Positions 42,716 through 53,850 are shown, counted from the stretch's first letter. The stretch is DNA of 64,000 nucleotides from Chlamydiales bacterium (GCA_965206695.1 CBDBKM010000003.1:32001-96000), one strand, 5' to 3'. The notes: generated by a model not told the origin, from the sequence alone. Translations and numbers: made by a program.

Positions 42716-43927
42716 GTGCAGCCTCACGTCTATACTTCAAAATCGCATCCTATTCATACCGATCAAATTGATTCTGACGCTTTAAATGTTATCACTATTC
42801 TGCAAAAAGCCGGATATACGGCTTATCTTGTTGGCGGTACTGTCAGAGATCTCTTAATCGGTCATTCTCCTAAAGATACTGATATTTCAACTTCAGCTAA
42901 ACCTGAAGAGATCAAAAAACTTTTCCGTAACTGCATCCTTATCGGGAGGCGTTTTCGATTAGCTCATATACGATTCGGGCATAAAGTCATTGATGCTGCT
43001 ACCTTCAGAGCAGGATATGCTGAGGATGATACTCTAATCGTTCGTGATAACGTATGGGGAACGGAAGAACAAGACGTATTAAGAAGAGACTTTACAATCA
43101 ACGGTCTTTTTTATAATCCCACTGAAAATACTATTATCGATTATGTCGGTGGATATGACGATATTAAAAATATGATTTTACGAACTATTGGGAACCCTAC
43201 ACTACGTTTTAAACAAGACCCTGTTAGAATGATTCGTTTAGTAAAATTCAAAGCCCGCTTTAATCTGAAAACCGAAGACGAAACGGAGAGGGCTCTTTTA
43301 AACTCCATCCATGAAATATCTAAAAGTTCTCCTGACCGCATCTTGGGTGAAATGTTTAAAATGTTAGAATCCAAAGCTGCAGAACCTTTTTTTCGTCTCT
43401 TAACTCAATTTGGTTTTACCGATATTTTATTCCCTTACCTTGCCGAATTTCTCCAAGAATCAAAGGGTGAAGAAGTTTATCAACATTTAAAAGCTTGCGA
43501 TAAACAAAATAGTTATTCATTGGAAAAACCCGTATTAATTGCCTGTCTTTTATTCCCTATTTTAAAATATCGTATTCATACGGAATTCCTCTCAAATGAG
43601 ATCATACCGAATTTAGGCGATATCTTTAATTTATCGCATGATTTAATACACAATTATATCGTTCAACCCTTCCCCAGATTTCCAAGATGGATGAGAAGTA
43701 GCCTCAACTACATCTTAAATGCGCAATATCGCTTCACGCCTATCACATTTGCTAAAAGAATGAAACGGAATAAACTTTTTTCAAATAAGGATTTCCCGTT
43801 AGCTCTACGTTTTTTATGGATACGAGCACATTCTGATGGTTATTGTGCAGAACAATACTCAAAACTCAAACGCTTAAATCGAATGTATCAAAATCAAAAA
43901 CGAGATAATAGAAATACTCCCAAATAA
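42716..43927 (+). CDS. pcnB: Poly(A) polymerase
   Basis: VGGTVRDLL, LIGRRFRLAHIRF, RRDFTINGLFY, DPVRMIR. Confidence 0.95.
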   Translation: MQPHVYTSKSHPIHTDQIDSDALNVITILQKAGYTAYLVGGTVRDLLIGHSPKDTDISTSAKPEEIKKLFRNCILIGRRFRLAHIRFGHKVIDAATFRAGYAEDDTLIVRDNVWGTEEQDVLRRDFTINGLFYNPTENTIIDYVGGYDDIKNMILRTIGNPTLRFKQDPVRMIRLVKFKARFNLKTEDETERALLNSIHEISKSSPDRILGEMFKMLESKAAEPFFRLLTQFGFTDILFPYLAEFLQESKGEEVYQHLKACDKQNSYSLEKPVLIACLLFPILKYRIHTEFLSNEIIPNLGDIFNLSHDLIHNYIVQPFPRFPRWMRSSLNYILNAQYRFTPITFAKRMKRNKLFSNKDFPLALRFLWIRAHSDGYCAEQYSKLKRLNRMYQNQKRDNRNTPK

Positions 43928-43941
43928 GTACAGTAACCGAT

Positions 43942-44721
43942 ATGCCAAGTTCTATTTTTTCCGTACCTATTCGAAGTTTAGAAAATCCGTTTTCCAACAC
44001 TTTGTATTTTACAGGACCCTCTCAAGATACCGGTCCCTTGCCGGCCATTTTTTATTTTGCATTATCCGGTGAAGAGAGCTTAATACTGAATCCATATAAT
44101 CAACCCGTAGCTGCTTTAACCAATGAACCAATAAGAATTTTTTCACTTACTCTTCCCTTTCACGGCGATGGCTTTGATAAATTCAAAGCTATCTCACACC
44201 GGGCCGATGCTATAGAAGCCTCCGATCCTTGTATCACTCAATTCATAGACAATGTTGTCATCGTTATCGACTATTTAATTGAAACCAAATGGATAGATCC
44301 CAAACATCTTGGTGTTGCAGGTTTATCAAGAGGTGTACTTATCGCAACTCATGTAGCTGCTAGACATAATCAAGTAAATACCGTATTGGGATTCGCTCCT
44401 CTCATCAACTTAGCCTTATTAAATGAATTTGAACATTTACAAGACAATAATATAGTAAAATCTTTAAATTTGATGAGCATTATTGAACCGTTACCGGGGA
44501 AAAAATTACGTTTTTACATTAGCAATCGAGATACTAGAGTCAATACCGATGAAGTCTTTCATTTTATAAGAAATTTAACAGAAGCAAATTACCGGAAAAA
44601 CACACGATCCCCACAAGTCGAAATGTTCATCTCTCCTCCCACAGGCCATCAAGGTCATGGTACACCCCCTCATTTATTTCATGATGGGGCTAATTGGCTC
44701 AAAAAACAAATTGTTGGATAA
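43942..44721 (+). CDS. Alpha/beta hydrolase
   Basis: GLSRG nucleophile elbow, C-terminal GHQGHGT. Confidence 0.75.
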   Translation: MPSSIFSVPIRSLENPFSNTLYFTGPSQDTGPLPAIFYFALSGEESLILNPYNQPVAALTNEPIRIFSLTLPFHGDGFDKFKAISHRADAIEASDPCITQFIDNVVIVIDYLIETKWIDPKHLGVAGLSRGVLIATHVAARHNQVNTVLGFAPLINLALLNEFEHLQDNNIVKSLNLMSIIEPLPGKKLRFYISNRDTRVNTDEVFHFIRNLTEANYRKNTRSPQVEMFISPPTGHQGHGTPPHLFHDGANWLKKQIVG

Positions 44722-44774
44722 TAGGCTCTGTTATAAAATAGTCTTCTTATAATTTGTAAAGGAATTATTTATTT

Positions 44775-45489
44775 ATGAATGTTAAATATAGTGTCGTCAT
44801 TCCAATTAAAAATGAAGAGGAGAATATTATTCCTCTTATTGAAGAGTTAGAGCCCATAATGATGGCACTCAAAGATCCTTGGGAATTGATTACTGTTGAT
44901 GACGGTTCAACAGACAGCTCACTAAAAATCCTGCAACAATTAAAACAGGATAAACGTTATTTACGCATTCTATCCTTTACAAACAATTTTGGTCAGTCTA
45001 GTGCCTTTGATGCCGGATTTAAAATAGCTCAAGGTCAATTCATTATAACGTTAGATGGAGATCGACAAAATGATCCTCATGATATCCCAAGAATGTTAGA
45101 AGCTATTGATGATGCCGATCTTATTTGTGGCTGGCGTAAGGATAGAAAAGATCCTCTTTTAAAAAAAATCATTTCAAAATTCGCTAATTGTATTCGTAGC
45201 CGTTTTTGTCAAGATGGTATGCATGACACCGGCTGCTCATTAAAAATCTTTAAGACTGAAGCGCTAAAAAAAATTAAACTCTATCACGGTATGCATCGTT
45301 TTTTACCCGCTCTTCTTAAAATCGAAGGTTTAAAAGTGGAGCAATTAGCTGTTAATCACCGTGAGAGAACCGGGGGCCATAGTAAATATCATTTTTTTTA
45401 ATCGCCTATTTGCCCCTGTTTTTGACATGCTTGCCGTTAGGTGGATGCATAGTCGAGCTCTAAAATACGATCTAAAAGATGAGCTATAA
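44775..45489 (+). CDS. GT2 polyprenyl-phosphate glycosyltransferase (ArnC/DPM-like); apparent +1 frameshift in T8 at 45392-45399
   Basis: VDDGSTD, NFGQSSA, DGDRQNDP, DTGCSLK; removing one T extends it to HFFNRLFAPVFDMLAVRWM...DEL*. Confidence 0.85.
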
Positions 45490-46177
45490 CATGAGCAATT
45501 TCTCACATTACCTCCTACTTTCATCTTTTGGTTTTCTGGCAATGCTCGCTTTTTTTTCAAGATTTTTTGTCCAATGGATACAAAGTGAGAGAAGGAAACA
45601 AAGCCGCGTTACCAAAAGCTTTTGGCGGATCTCGTTAATAGGTAATGTACTCATGCTTATTCATTTTCTTATACAAATACAATACCATCTTTTTTTTATT
45701 CAGACTTTGAACGCCATCACTTCTCATCGACAACTCCGCTTAATGAATAAAAATGCCCCTAATAAAAAAATATCAGAAATTCTCACTTTCATTGCTTTAG
45801 CTATTGTTAGCATGACGGCCCTTTTCTCTATTAGAGCCTTTGTTCAGTTTGCTCACTTTGACTGGATTCACTTACCTGCTCTTCCTTTTAGACAACAATC
45901 TATAAGAGAAGTCTCTTTTTCTTGGCATATGTTTGGTTTCTTAAGTGCTTCTTTATTTGCCGGTCGCTTTTGGATACAGTGGTGGTTCTCAGAAAAAGAT
46001 CGAAAAAGTAACTTAAGCCCTACTTTTTGGTGGTTAAGTCTATCAGGGGCTTTATTAACCTTATGCTATGCAGTTTATATACGAGATGTGATATTAACAT
46101 TGAGCCATTGTGCCGGAATGATTCCTTATATCAGGAATTTAATGCTTATTAACAAAGCGCAAAAAATACGATCATGA
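45479..46177 (+). CDS. Lipid A biosynthesis N-terminal (LAB_N) domain membrane protein, two repeats
   Basis: Two F.SRF.VQW..SE....S..P..FW..SL.G-type repeats; start may be 45491. Confidence 0.85.
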   Translation: MSYNMSNFSHYLLLSSFGFLAMLAFFSRFFVQWIQSERRKQSRVTKSFWRISLIGNVLMLIHFLIQIQYHLFFIQTLNAITSHRQLRLMNKNAPNKKISEILTFIALAIVSMTALFSIRAFVQFAHFDWIHLPALPFRQQSIREVSFSWHMFGFLSASLFAGRFWIQWWFSEKDRKSNLSPTFWWLSLSGALLTLCYAVYIRDVILTLSHCAGMIPYIRNLMLINKAQKIRS

Positions 46178-47347
46178 CAATAAAAAAAACACTCTTTATT
46201 TTTGCCGGCGAGCCTAGTGGTGATTTACATGGATCAAAGATCCTTGCTTCTATCATAGAAAAAAATCCGGGCCTAAATATAACAGCAGTTGCCGGCCCTC
46301 TTATGCAAAAAAAACCGCATCGATCTATTTTTAGATATGGAAGAGTTCCAAGTCATGGGTTTTATCGATGTCTTTAAAGCCCTTCCTCGCCTTATTCGCC
46401 ATTTTAAAACGATTCGTTCCCATATTCTAAACACCAAACCTGAAGTGGTCTTATTTATCGATTACCCGGGTTTTAATTTAAGAATGGCAAAATCACTGCG
46501 AAAACATGGTTATAAAGGCAAACTCGTTCACTATATTTGCCCAACTGTATGGGCTCACGGGAAAAAACGTATCCGGCATTTAGCTGATACGCTCGATCTT
46601 CTGTTAACTATTTTTCCTTTCGAGAGTAAGCTGTTCTCTCACTTATCTTTACCTATTAACTATGTTGGGCATCCTCTAGTTGAAGAAGCAAATAATTATG
46701 AGAAAAAACCTTATTGGAAGAGATGTTTATCTTTAAAAGATCATGAACATGTCATTGGTATTTTTCCGGGCAGCCGTAAAACAGAAATAGAGGGTAATTT
46801 ACCTAAACAATTAGAAGCATGTCAGTTGTTAAAAAAGAAATTACCCGCTACTTATTTTGCTATCTCTGTGGCTCATCCTAAATTACTTCCTTTGATACAA
46901 AAAAAACTCAAAGCCTCCTCTTTAAAACTGAACCGGGATATTTGTTTAGTCAACTCTGAGAATACTTTAGACCTTATGCAACATTGTAAAACGGCTATCG
47001 CCACTTCCGGCACTGTTACATTTCAACTTGCTTTGAAACACCTTCCCACTGCTGTTGTCTATCATCTCAGTCCTTTTAATTGGTTTATGGTCAAGTTTTT
47101 TTTGCGTCTCAACCTCCCTTTTTATTGTATTGTCAATATCATCTTAAATAAGAGTGTCTTTCCTGAATTGATGCATAAAAATTTTACTTCTCAAGCTCTT
47201 TATCAGGCAGTTTATGAATTAGATCAGGTAAAGGATAAGCGACTTCATGCTCTAAAGGGATGTCAAGAAGTCTATGATCAAATGTTCATCTCTAAAAGTC
47301 CCGGTTATACAGTAGCTGAAGCAATTGAAGGGATATTAAATGACTAA
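46174..47347 (+). CDS. lpxB: Lipid A disaccharide synthase; apparent +1 frameshift in A8 at 46307-46314
   Basis: AGEPSGDLHG in the first frame; IDYPGFN, YVGHPL, FPGSRKTE and SGTVT in the second. Confidence 0.92.
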
Positions 47348-48038
47348 ATTTCTTGTAAAATTCAAGAAGCGATTTCTTATAAAGTTCAAATTCTCTGTCT
47401 TTCCGTTTTTTTTAAAAACGATATACAAGATGATCTTCAAAACCTGTCGTGTTCAAATAATCGGATTAGAAGAATACAAAGAAAACTTAAAACAAGGAAA
47501 TCATATCCTCATCCAATGGCATAACCGTATTGTTCTCACCCCATATTTTTTGGCTAAATACACTCCTAAAATTGACTATTCCGCATTTGTAAGTGAGAGT
47601 CGTGATGGTGATTGGCTAGCTAGTGCTATTGAATATTTCCCTAACGGGTTTACTGTCCGAGTTCCTAAAGATAATAAACATGTATCTGTAAAATCTTTGA
47701 TCAAAATTTTACAAATATCCAATATGGTCGGAGCTATTACACCGGATGGACCCAGAGGTCCTAAGTATGGAATCAAACCGGGTGTTATCCTCATAGCCAG
47801 GGCTGCCAAAGCCAACCTCACGGTCTTTACCTGGAGCGCATCAAGAACATGGAGCTTACCTACCTGGGATGATATGCTCATCCCTAAACCCTTTTCTCGT
47901 ATCATCTTCGGTCTGGGAAGTTCTTTTACTCTATACGATTTAAAAAAGACTCCCATAAAAGAGATGCAGCACCTCGTAAAAACGAACCTCACAGATTTTG
48001 TAGATCAGATAGATAACTTAGCCAAGAAAAAAAATTAG
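47340..48038 (+). CDS. DUF374/LpxJ-like lipid A acyltransferase
   Basis: WHNR, VSESRDG, ITPDGPRGP, WDDMLIPKPFSR. Confidence 0.8.
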   Translation: MTKFLVKFKKRFLIKFKFSVFPFFLKTIYKMIFKTCRVQIIGLEEYKENLKQGNHILIQWHNRIVLTPYFLAKYTPKIDYSAFVSESRDGDWLASAIEYFPNGFTVRVPKDNKHVSVKSLIKILQISNMVGAITPDGPRGPKYGIKPGVILIARAAKANLTVFTWSASRTWSLPTWDDMLIPKPFSRIIFGLGSSFTLYDLKKTPIKEMQHLVKTNLTDFVDQIDNLAKKKN

Positions 48039-48099
48039 CTAAAGAAATCTCTGATTCTTTACTGTCAACTCTATGACTAAATCTTAAAAGGCTTGGAAG

Positions 48100-49562
48100 A
48101 TGGAGAAATTAAAAAAATCAAAGCTTACTAAAAAATAAAGCTTATATCGCCGGTGAATGGGTCGATGCTGATGACGGCAAAACTTTTGACGTCTTTAACC
48201 CCTATGACCAATCCAAAATCCTTCAAGTGCCTGATATGGGTGAAAATGAAGTTAGACGAGCGGTTATTGCTGCCAATGAGGCTTTCAATGACTGGAAATC
48301 TACTCCCGCTAGAGAACGAGCTGTGATTTTAAAAAAATGGTATCGGCTCATCTTAGATAATATTGATGATTTAACTTATATATTAACGATAGAACAAGGC
48401 AAGCCTATAGCAGAAGCCAAAGATGAGATTGCTTTCGGCGCTGATTTTGTCGAGTGGTTTGCAGAAGAGGGCAGGAGAGTATATTCAGAAGTTATACCTA
48501 CAAATCATCGTGACAGGAGGGTATGGGTATTAAAGCAACCCATTGGGATCTCTGCTGCCATTACACCTTGGAACTTCCCTAATGCGATGGTAACCAGAAA
48601 ATGTGCCCCTGCCTTAGCGACGGGCTGCCCCATTATTTTAAAACCTGCTGAAGATACCCCCTTATCCGCCTTGGCTTTAACTGTTCTATTAGAAGAAGCC
48701 GGACTGCCAAAAGGATTACTCAATGTGGTTACTGCCCGCAAGGGGGATAAGGTAGGATATGAATTATGCACCAATCCTTTAATTCGCAAACTGAGCTTTA
48801 CAGGCTCTACGCGGGTCGGAAAAATTCTTTTAAATCAAACAACGGACTCGCTAAAAAAAGTCACTTTAGAATTAGGCGGTAATGCTCCTTTCATTGTTTT
48901 TGAAGATGCGGATGTAGATGCCGCTGTAGAGGGAGCGTTTGCAGCTAAATATCGTTGTAGTGGTCAAACTTGTATTTGTACGAATCGATTTTTTATTCAT
49001 GCAAGCCTATATGATACTTTTATAGAAAAATTTTATCGCTTTAGAAAAGGAATTACAGGTCGGTTCCGGGTTAGAAGCAAGTACAACTATTGGACCTTTA
49101 ATCAATGAAAAAGGGATTCAAAAGGTAGAGGAACTTATTGCGGATGCTGTATCTAAAGGAGCTAAAATCTTAAGAGGCGGCAGGCGCGTAAAGCCTGACA
49201 CAACTTTATTTCAACCAACTGTTATTACAAATGTTAATCCAAACATGCGTATGGAATATGAAGAAATCTTTGGCCCTGTTGCAGCCTTTTCTACTTTTAC
49301 ATCCGAAGAAGAAGTCATCGATCGCTCTAATAATACCGAATATGGACTCGCAGCATATTTTTATACAAAAGATGTTGGTAGAGTTATTAGAGTATCAGAA
49401 GCTTTAGAATACGGGATTGTTGGTATTAACAAAGGTGTTTTTTCAGCTGTGGAATTTCCCTTTGGCGGTATCAAACATTCCGGATTTGGTCGTGAAGGTT
49501 CTAAATATGGAATAGACGATTATCTGGAAATTAAAACTATTTGTCTATCCGGTATAGATTAG
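48100..49562 (+). pseudogene. gabD: NAD(P)-dependent succinate-semialdehyde dehydrogenase with two +1 frameshifts (pseudogene or sequencing error)
   Basis: ITPWNFP, FTGST, LELGGNAP, GQTCIC, EEIFGP, GREGS; shifts at A7 48111-48117 and near 49026-49034. Confidence 0.85.
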
Positions 49563-49607
49563 TCAATCAAAATAAAAGCACCTTATTTCTCTTAAGGAGA
49601 ACTGATT

Positions 49608-50546
49608 ATGGCATACTCTTTGAAATTTTTTATTAATATGGTACACCACAAAAATCAGCTTAAAAAAGCTGCCGGAAAAGAGTACCCCTACCCTAAAGAT
49701 CGCTTTTCAGGTAGAGGGGTAGTTATGGTAGCCGGAAAAGAAGAATATCTCACCAATGCATGGGTATCTGTCAACATGCTCCGGCAGTTCAATCAGTCGT
49801 TACCTATTCAGCTTTGGTACATAGGAGAAGAAGAGATTAATCAGGAAATAATCAATCTTTTAAAACCCTTGAATGTTCGATGTATCGATGCCCGTACAAC
49901 ACTTAAAAAACATCCTCTTAATCATTTAGGGGGCTGGGAATGTCATCCTTATGCGATTATGAATAGCTCATTTGAAGAAGTACTGTTTATCGATGCAGAT
50001 AATGTTTGTATAAAAGATCCCGAATATCTTTTTTCTACAAAAGAATATGAACAAACAGGTGCTATTTTTTGGCCCGATTATTTAAAACGACGCTTAACCC
50101 CTCGTCATCTTATCTGGAAAATATGCGATGTTAAATATAAAAATGAACCTGCTTTTGAAAGCGGTCAAATAGTCATCAATAAACGTAAATGTTGGAAAGC
50201 TTTAAATCTGACTATGCATATGAATGAATATTCCCATTTTTTCTATCAACATATGAAAACAGGACTTTGGGGTGATAAAGACACCTACCATATGTCATGG
50301 AATATGCTCAAACAACCTTATTCTATGATTCCTCATCCTATTAAAAGATTAACGATCGCACCCCACTATAGTCTTGTTCTCTGCCAACATGATTTTGAGG
50401 GTGACGTTCTATTTCAACATCGCAATTTGGACAAGTGGCAATTTAAAAAAAATAACTTAAAAATTCCCGGATTCCAATATGAGGAAGAATGCTTGGCATT
50501 TATTCATGAACTACGTAATAAATGGAAAGGGATGATATACTCCTGA
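49608..50546 (+). CDS. MNN2/MNN1-like (GT71) alpha-mannosyltransferase
   Basis: SSFEEVLFIDADN, PEYLF...YEQTGAIFWPD, ESGQIVINK, WGDKDTY. Confidence 0.8.
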   Translation: MAYSLKFFINMVHHKNQLKKAAGKEYPYPKDRFSGRGVVMVAGKEEYLTNAWVSVNMLRQFNQSLPIQLWYIGEEEINQEIINLLKPLNVRCIDARTTLKKHPLNHLGGWECHPYAIMNSSFEEVLFIDADNVCIKDPEYLFSTKEYEQTGAIFWPDYLKRRLTPRHLIWKICDVKYKNEPAFESGQIVINKRKCWKALNLTMHMNEYSHFFYQHMKTGLWGDKDTYHMSWNMLKQPYSMIPHPIKRLTIAPHYSLVLCQHDFEGDVLFQHRNLDKWQFKKNNLKIPGFQYEEECLAFIHELRNKWKGMIYS

Positions 50547-50764
50547 CAGCTCTCACTCAACCCTTAAGGGAAGGGATTCCTCATTCAACGACCCTTGCTA
50601 ACAAGCATTAGTCGAATATGATCTCCAAAGGCTTAACTTACCGACTGCCCCACGGTAGATCTAAAAGATAGGAATAGTATACAAAATATGAGAATTAACA
50701 AGACACTGTAATCGAGACACTCTCATCCCAATGCTCACGCAAAGGGTTTCCCCGCTTAATTGTC
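50544..50764 (-). mobile_element. Non-autonomous IS200/IS605-family miniature element: left end plus omegaRNA-like right end, no ORF
   Basis: Minus strand reads TTTAT|GACAATTAAGCGGGGAAACCC...GGGATGAGAG, then TACCGTGGGGCAGTCGGTAAGTTAAGCCTTTGGAGA...TCGTTGAATGAGGAATCCC...GAGCTGTCA. Confidence 0.7.
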
Positions 50765-50782
50765 ATAAAATAAGGAAGAATT

Positions 50783-51019
50783 ATGGCTAAAAGAAAAATC
50801 CCGAAAATGTATAGCGAAAAAAATTATATCGCAGCTGTTTTATTATGCTTCTTCTTTGGAACATATGGAATCCACCGTTTCTATGTAGGAAAAATAGGAA
50901 CCGGCATTCTGATGTTGATTACCCTCGGCGGGTTAGGTATTTGGTGGATCATTGATTTAATTATTATTATCTGTGGTAATTTCGAAGATAAACTGTATTA
51001 CCAGAAGAATCCTTTATAA
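50783..51019 (+). CDS. TM2-domain membrane protein (C-terminus probably truncated)
   Basis: LLCFFFGTYGIHRFYVGKIGTGILMLITLGGLGIWWIIDLI. Confidence 0.85.
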   Translation: MAKRKIPKMYSEKNYIAAVLLCFFFGTYGIHRFYVGKIGTGILMLITLGGLGIWWIIDLIIIICGNFEDKLYYQKNPL

Positions 51020-51413
51020 AAATTAGACTTTCAAGATAAGGTGTTAACGGATCATTGGAATTTACTTTAGCAACAAATTCTTTCACAGAATCCACTAATA
51101 TTAATCGAGCAGTTGCTTTGTCTATTACTCTATAGATTTCAAATGATAAACCTAATATTTTACTTCCACACCATCCTCCGCTAAAACCAATACACTCCAT
51201 GTCATATTTATTGCATAAAATCGTTGCAATTTCTTTTTTTATACCATTCCTAATAATTGTCAAATCGGATGGTGAGGATTGCTCTATCTTTTTAAATGCT
51301 TTATTTAAGAAAGTTGTTTTTGAATCTTGACTGATGCCCTGTTTACAGGCACTTAAACCTACCAAAAGAGCAATATTGATTAAAAAAAATGGCAATACTA
51401 ACTTAGTTTTCAT
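50967..51413 (-). CDS. Putative lipoprotein, immunity-protein-like (truncated)
   Basis: LVGLSAC lipobox; CIGFSGG...LGLSF...ARLILV...NSNDPLTPYL; lies directly after a lipase-like domain. Confidence 0.55.
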   Translation of the reverse strand: MKTKLVLPFFLINIALLVGLSACKQGISQDSKTTFLNKAFKKIEQSSPSDLTIIRNGIKKEIATILCNKYDMECIGFSGGWCGSKILGLSFEIYRVIDKATARLILVDSVKEFVAKVNSNDPLTPYLESLIFIKDSSGNTVYLRNYHR

Positions 51414-53326
51414 GAGTAACTCTCTTATATGGATTTATAAATAAATCTATAATATCTATTAAAGGTTTTCGATTCGTCTTACTTAAAAAAGCATGATCGT
51501 TAACCCACGAAGTACCCTTCGCGGGTTCCAATACATGCACGGTTCCTTATTGCTCTGCAATAATTCTATTGTTATCCGGAAAAGGAGCTAGTTTATCGTT
51601 TTTACTGCGATAATGTGCTAATTTTCTGAATAAATCGTCATCAATATAAGCATTAGGCCCAAAAGCTCCTACCTCTATTCGTTTTCTAAAGCTTTCAGGT
51701 AGCAACGGCAAAGTATTGTTACTGTGAGCTGTTCCTTGGCTATGACAGAGAACTAATACCCTAAAATCATTTGGATGAGTCTTCCAAAGAGTTATCTATG
51801 CTGTTTATATAGATGATCTGACCGTTTGCTAATTCTCTATTACCTACTTAATAGACTTTAGACCTTGCATAATGCTCTTTAGCTCGATCTCTATTAAGGA
51901 GATCATGCGTGATGCTTCTATTCCATTTATTATTTTTATCTCGAATCCTTACCTCAGATTTCAAATCTTGGACAACCACCAAATTTTTCATCCTTTCAGT
52001 AGATGTGAGCGGTGGATTGAATGAACTTTGTAATGGAGGGCCTATAAAGTCTTTATCGAAACAGTCCCTAAATTGGCTTTAGCAATCAAATGAGTGGCAT
52101 CTACGAAGCTAAAAACCTCATTCATCACTCCTTGTTTTTTTAGTTGATCTCTTAAGTCAGCGAAAATTTCGGATAAAATCTTTGTCCTTATTTTGTGCCT
52201 AACTTTACAAAAAATGGTATGATCAGGAGTATTCTCCCTCAAATTAAAGCGACAAAACCATTTAGCCGCATTATTTTCTTGAATGTAGCGTTCTAGCTCT
52301 CGGTCGCTTAGATTTTCCATGAACTGAAGAAGGAAGCATTTAAATAATCGAAGAAGCCCATGTCCTTTATAAGGGTTATTTTTCTCCAATTTCTTTAGCC
52401 TTTTTTCTACAGATTTAAAAGACCAAATTTGATCGAATTTACGGTAATTATGCGTTTCGGAAATTAAATCTTCTAAACTGATCATCTCTACTTGCCGCAT
52501 CGGACTCTCCTTACTAAAAAAATACTGATACACATTAAACTATTCTTAGAAATTTAGCCGGATCGCAACACTTCCCGAAAGGATTATCTGTTTTAACTGA
52601 GTCTAAAGAAGAAGTATTTTTTAAAGCCCCGGGTGAAAGCTCTTGATCATCAACACCGGAAGTAGACTTATTACCGGTATCGCTTGCTAACGTTCCTCCA
52701 AGCCCACCAATAGCAGCTCCTAATCCTGATGCTTGTACAGCTGTTGTAGTCATGGCTGGATGCTATAGCTATGGTTGCAACAGTTGCTACTGCAATAGCT
52801 GCAACTATAGCAACACCAAAAATAATTGCTTTCTTATGATCTTTGCAAAACTGACCAACTTTTTTAGTTAGGTCTTTTGTGTGTTTAGCAGTTTTTTTAA
52901 AAACTTTTTTACGCTTTTAACAACACATTTTGACGTTTTAACTACGACATCAACGGTTTTGTGGTAAATTTCATTTGTTTTGCAAGCAACCTTTTTGAAA
53001 AATCCTTTAGACTCTTTAGGTTCAGGTTGAGACTCCGTTATCATTTCTTCTATAATAATCTCTTCTTCTACCGGAAATTCTTCTGTTTTGTTTAATTCAT
53101 CCGTTAAAATCTTAATATTTCGATTTAACAAGTTGGTGTCTGTAGAAGCTTCAGATCCCTTTTGGCTAAGCTCTAAAAGATGATTAGTAATATTCGTTAC
53201 GAGTTTTTCATCGCCCGGATTCTGTTCGATCAATTCTTCAAGATCATGAACATATTGCTCTGCTTCTTCAAGAGTTGTTGGAGCTCGATTAAACAGGAAG
53301 GTTGGATTGTTAGAGAGTGTAGTCAT
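51400..53326 (-). pseudogene. Fragmented membrane-anchored protein with C-terminal lipase-like (HSQG, DUF687-like) domain, interrupted by IS5
   Basis: ORF 52868-53326, hydrophobic KKAIIFGVAIVAAIAVATVA stretch, ORF 52535-52753, and VLVLCHSQG...RIEVGAFGPNAYI...DHAF at about 51480-51790. Confidence 0.55.
52069..52576 (-). mobile_element. 5' part of an IS5-family element (same family as 28564), cut at TAAAT by another IS5 end (~52040-52068)
   Basis: ORF 52042-52533 is highly similar to 28607-29254; end GGGAAGTGTTGCGATC; junction AACAGTCCC|TAAAT. Confidence 0.85.
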
Positions 53327-53559
53327 TGAAAATCAGCGATTTTTATATTAGAAACTGATTTTCACAGACATGCTTTGATTAAATCAAATGGTTTATTTAT
53401 TAAAAAATAGTTTAATGATTAATGAGAATTTAAGGTTTATAATAAAATAACTAAACAACCATTTCTATAGGTTCGATACGTCTTCTTGGTCGACGTCTCA
53501 TAGCTTCCCAAAGGTCATAATTGACTTGCAGAGTTAGAATGAATCGAGTGCTATAACTT

Positions 53560-53850
53560 ATTTAAGTTGAAGAATTGACAAATTGAGTTGGACTAATCAT
53601 TCTAAAATTATCTGTCATTCGCCTTTTTAAGAGATCAGAATAGCTATTGATTGGATTTGCCAGTTTCCTTAAAAAACCTAAAATTTAATCCTTAAAATCA
53701 TTAAATTTTTCGTAATATCTGTTATTAAGAATTTGTTCATTCATTAGTTTCCATAAGCGTTTAATAGGATTCAGATTAAGGCTGTAAGAAAGTAAGAAGA
53801 GCATAGAAATCTTAAAGGTTTCCGGAAAGACCTGTACCTTATTTATTACG
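53560..53850 (-). mobile_element. IS630-family transposase C-terminal remnant
   Basis: LFLLSYSLNLNPIKRLWKLMNEQILNNRYYEKFNDFK. Confidence 0.7.
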
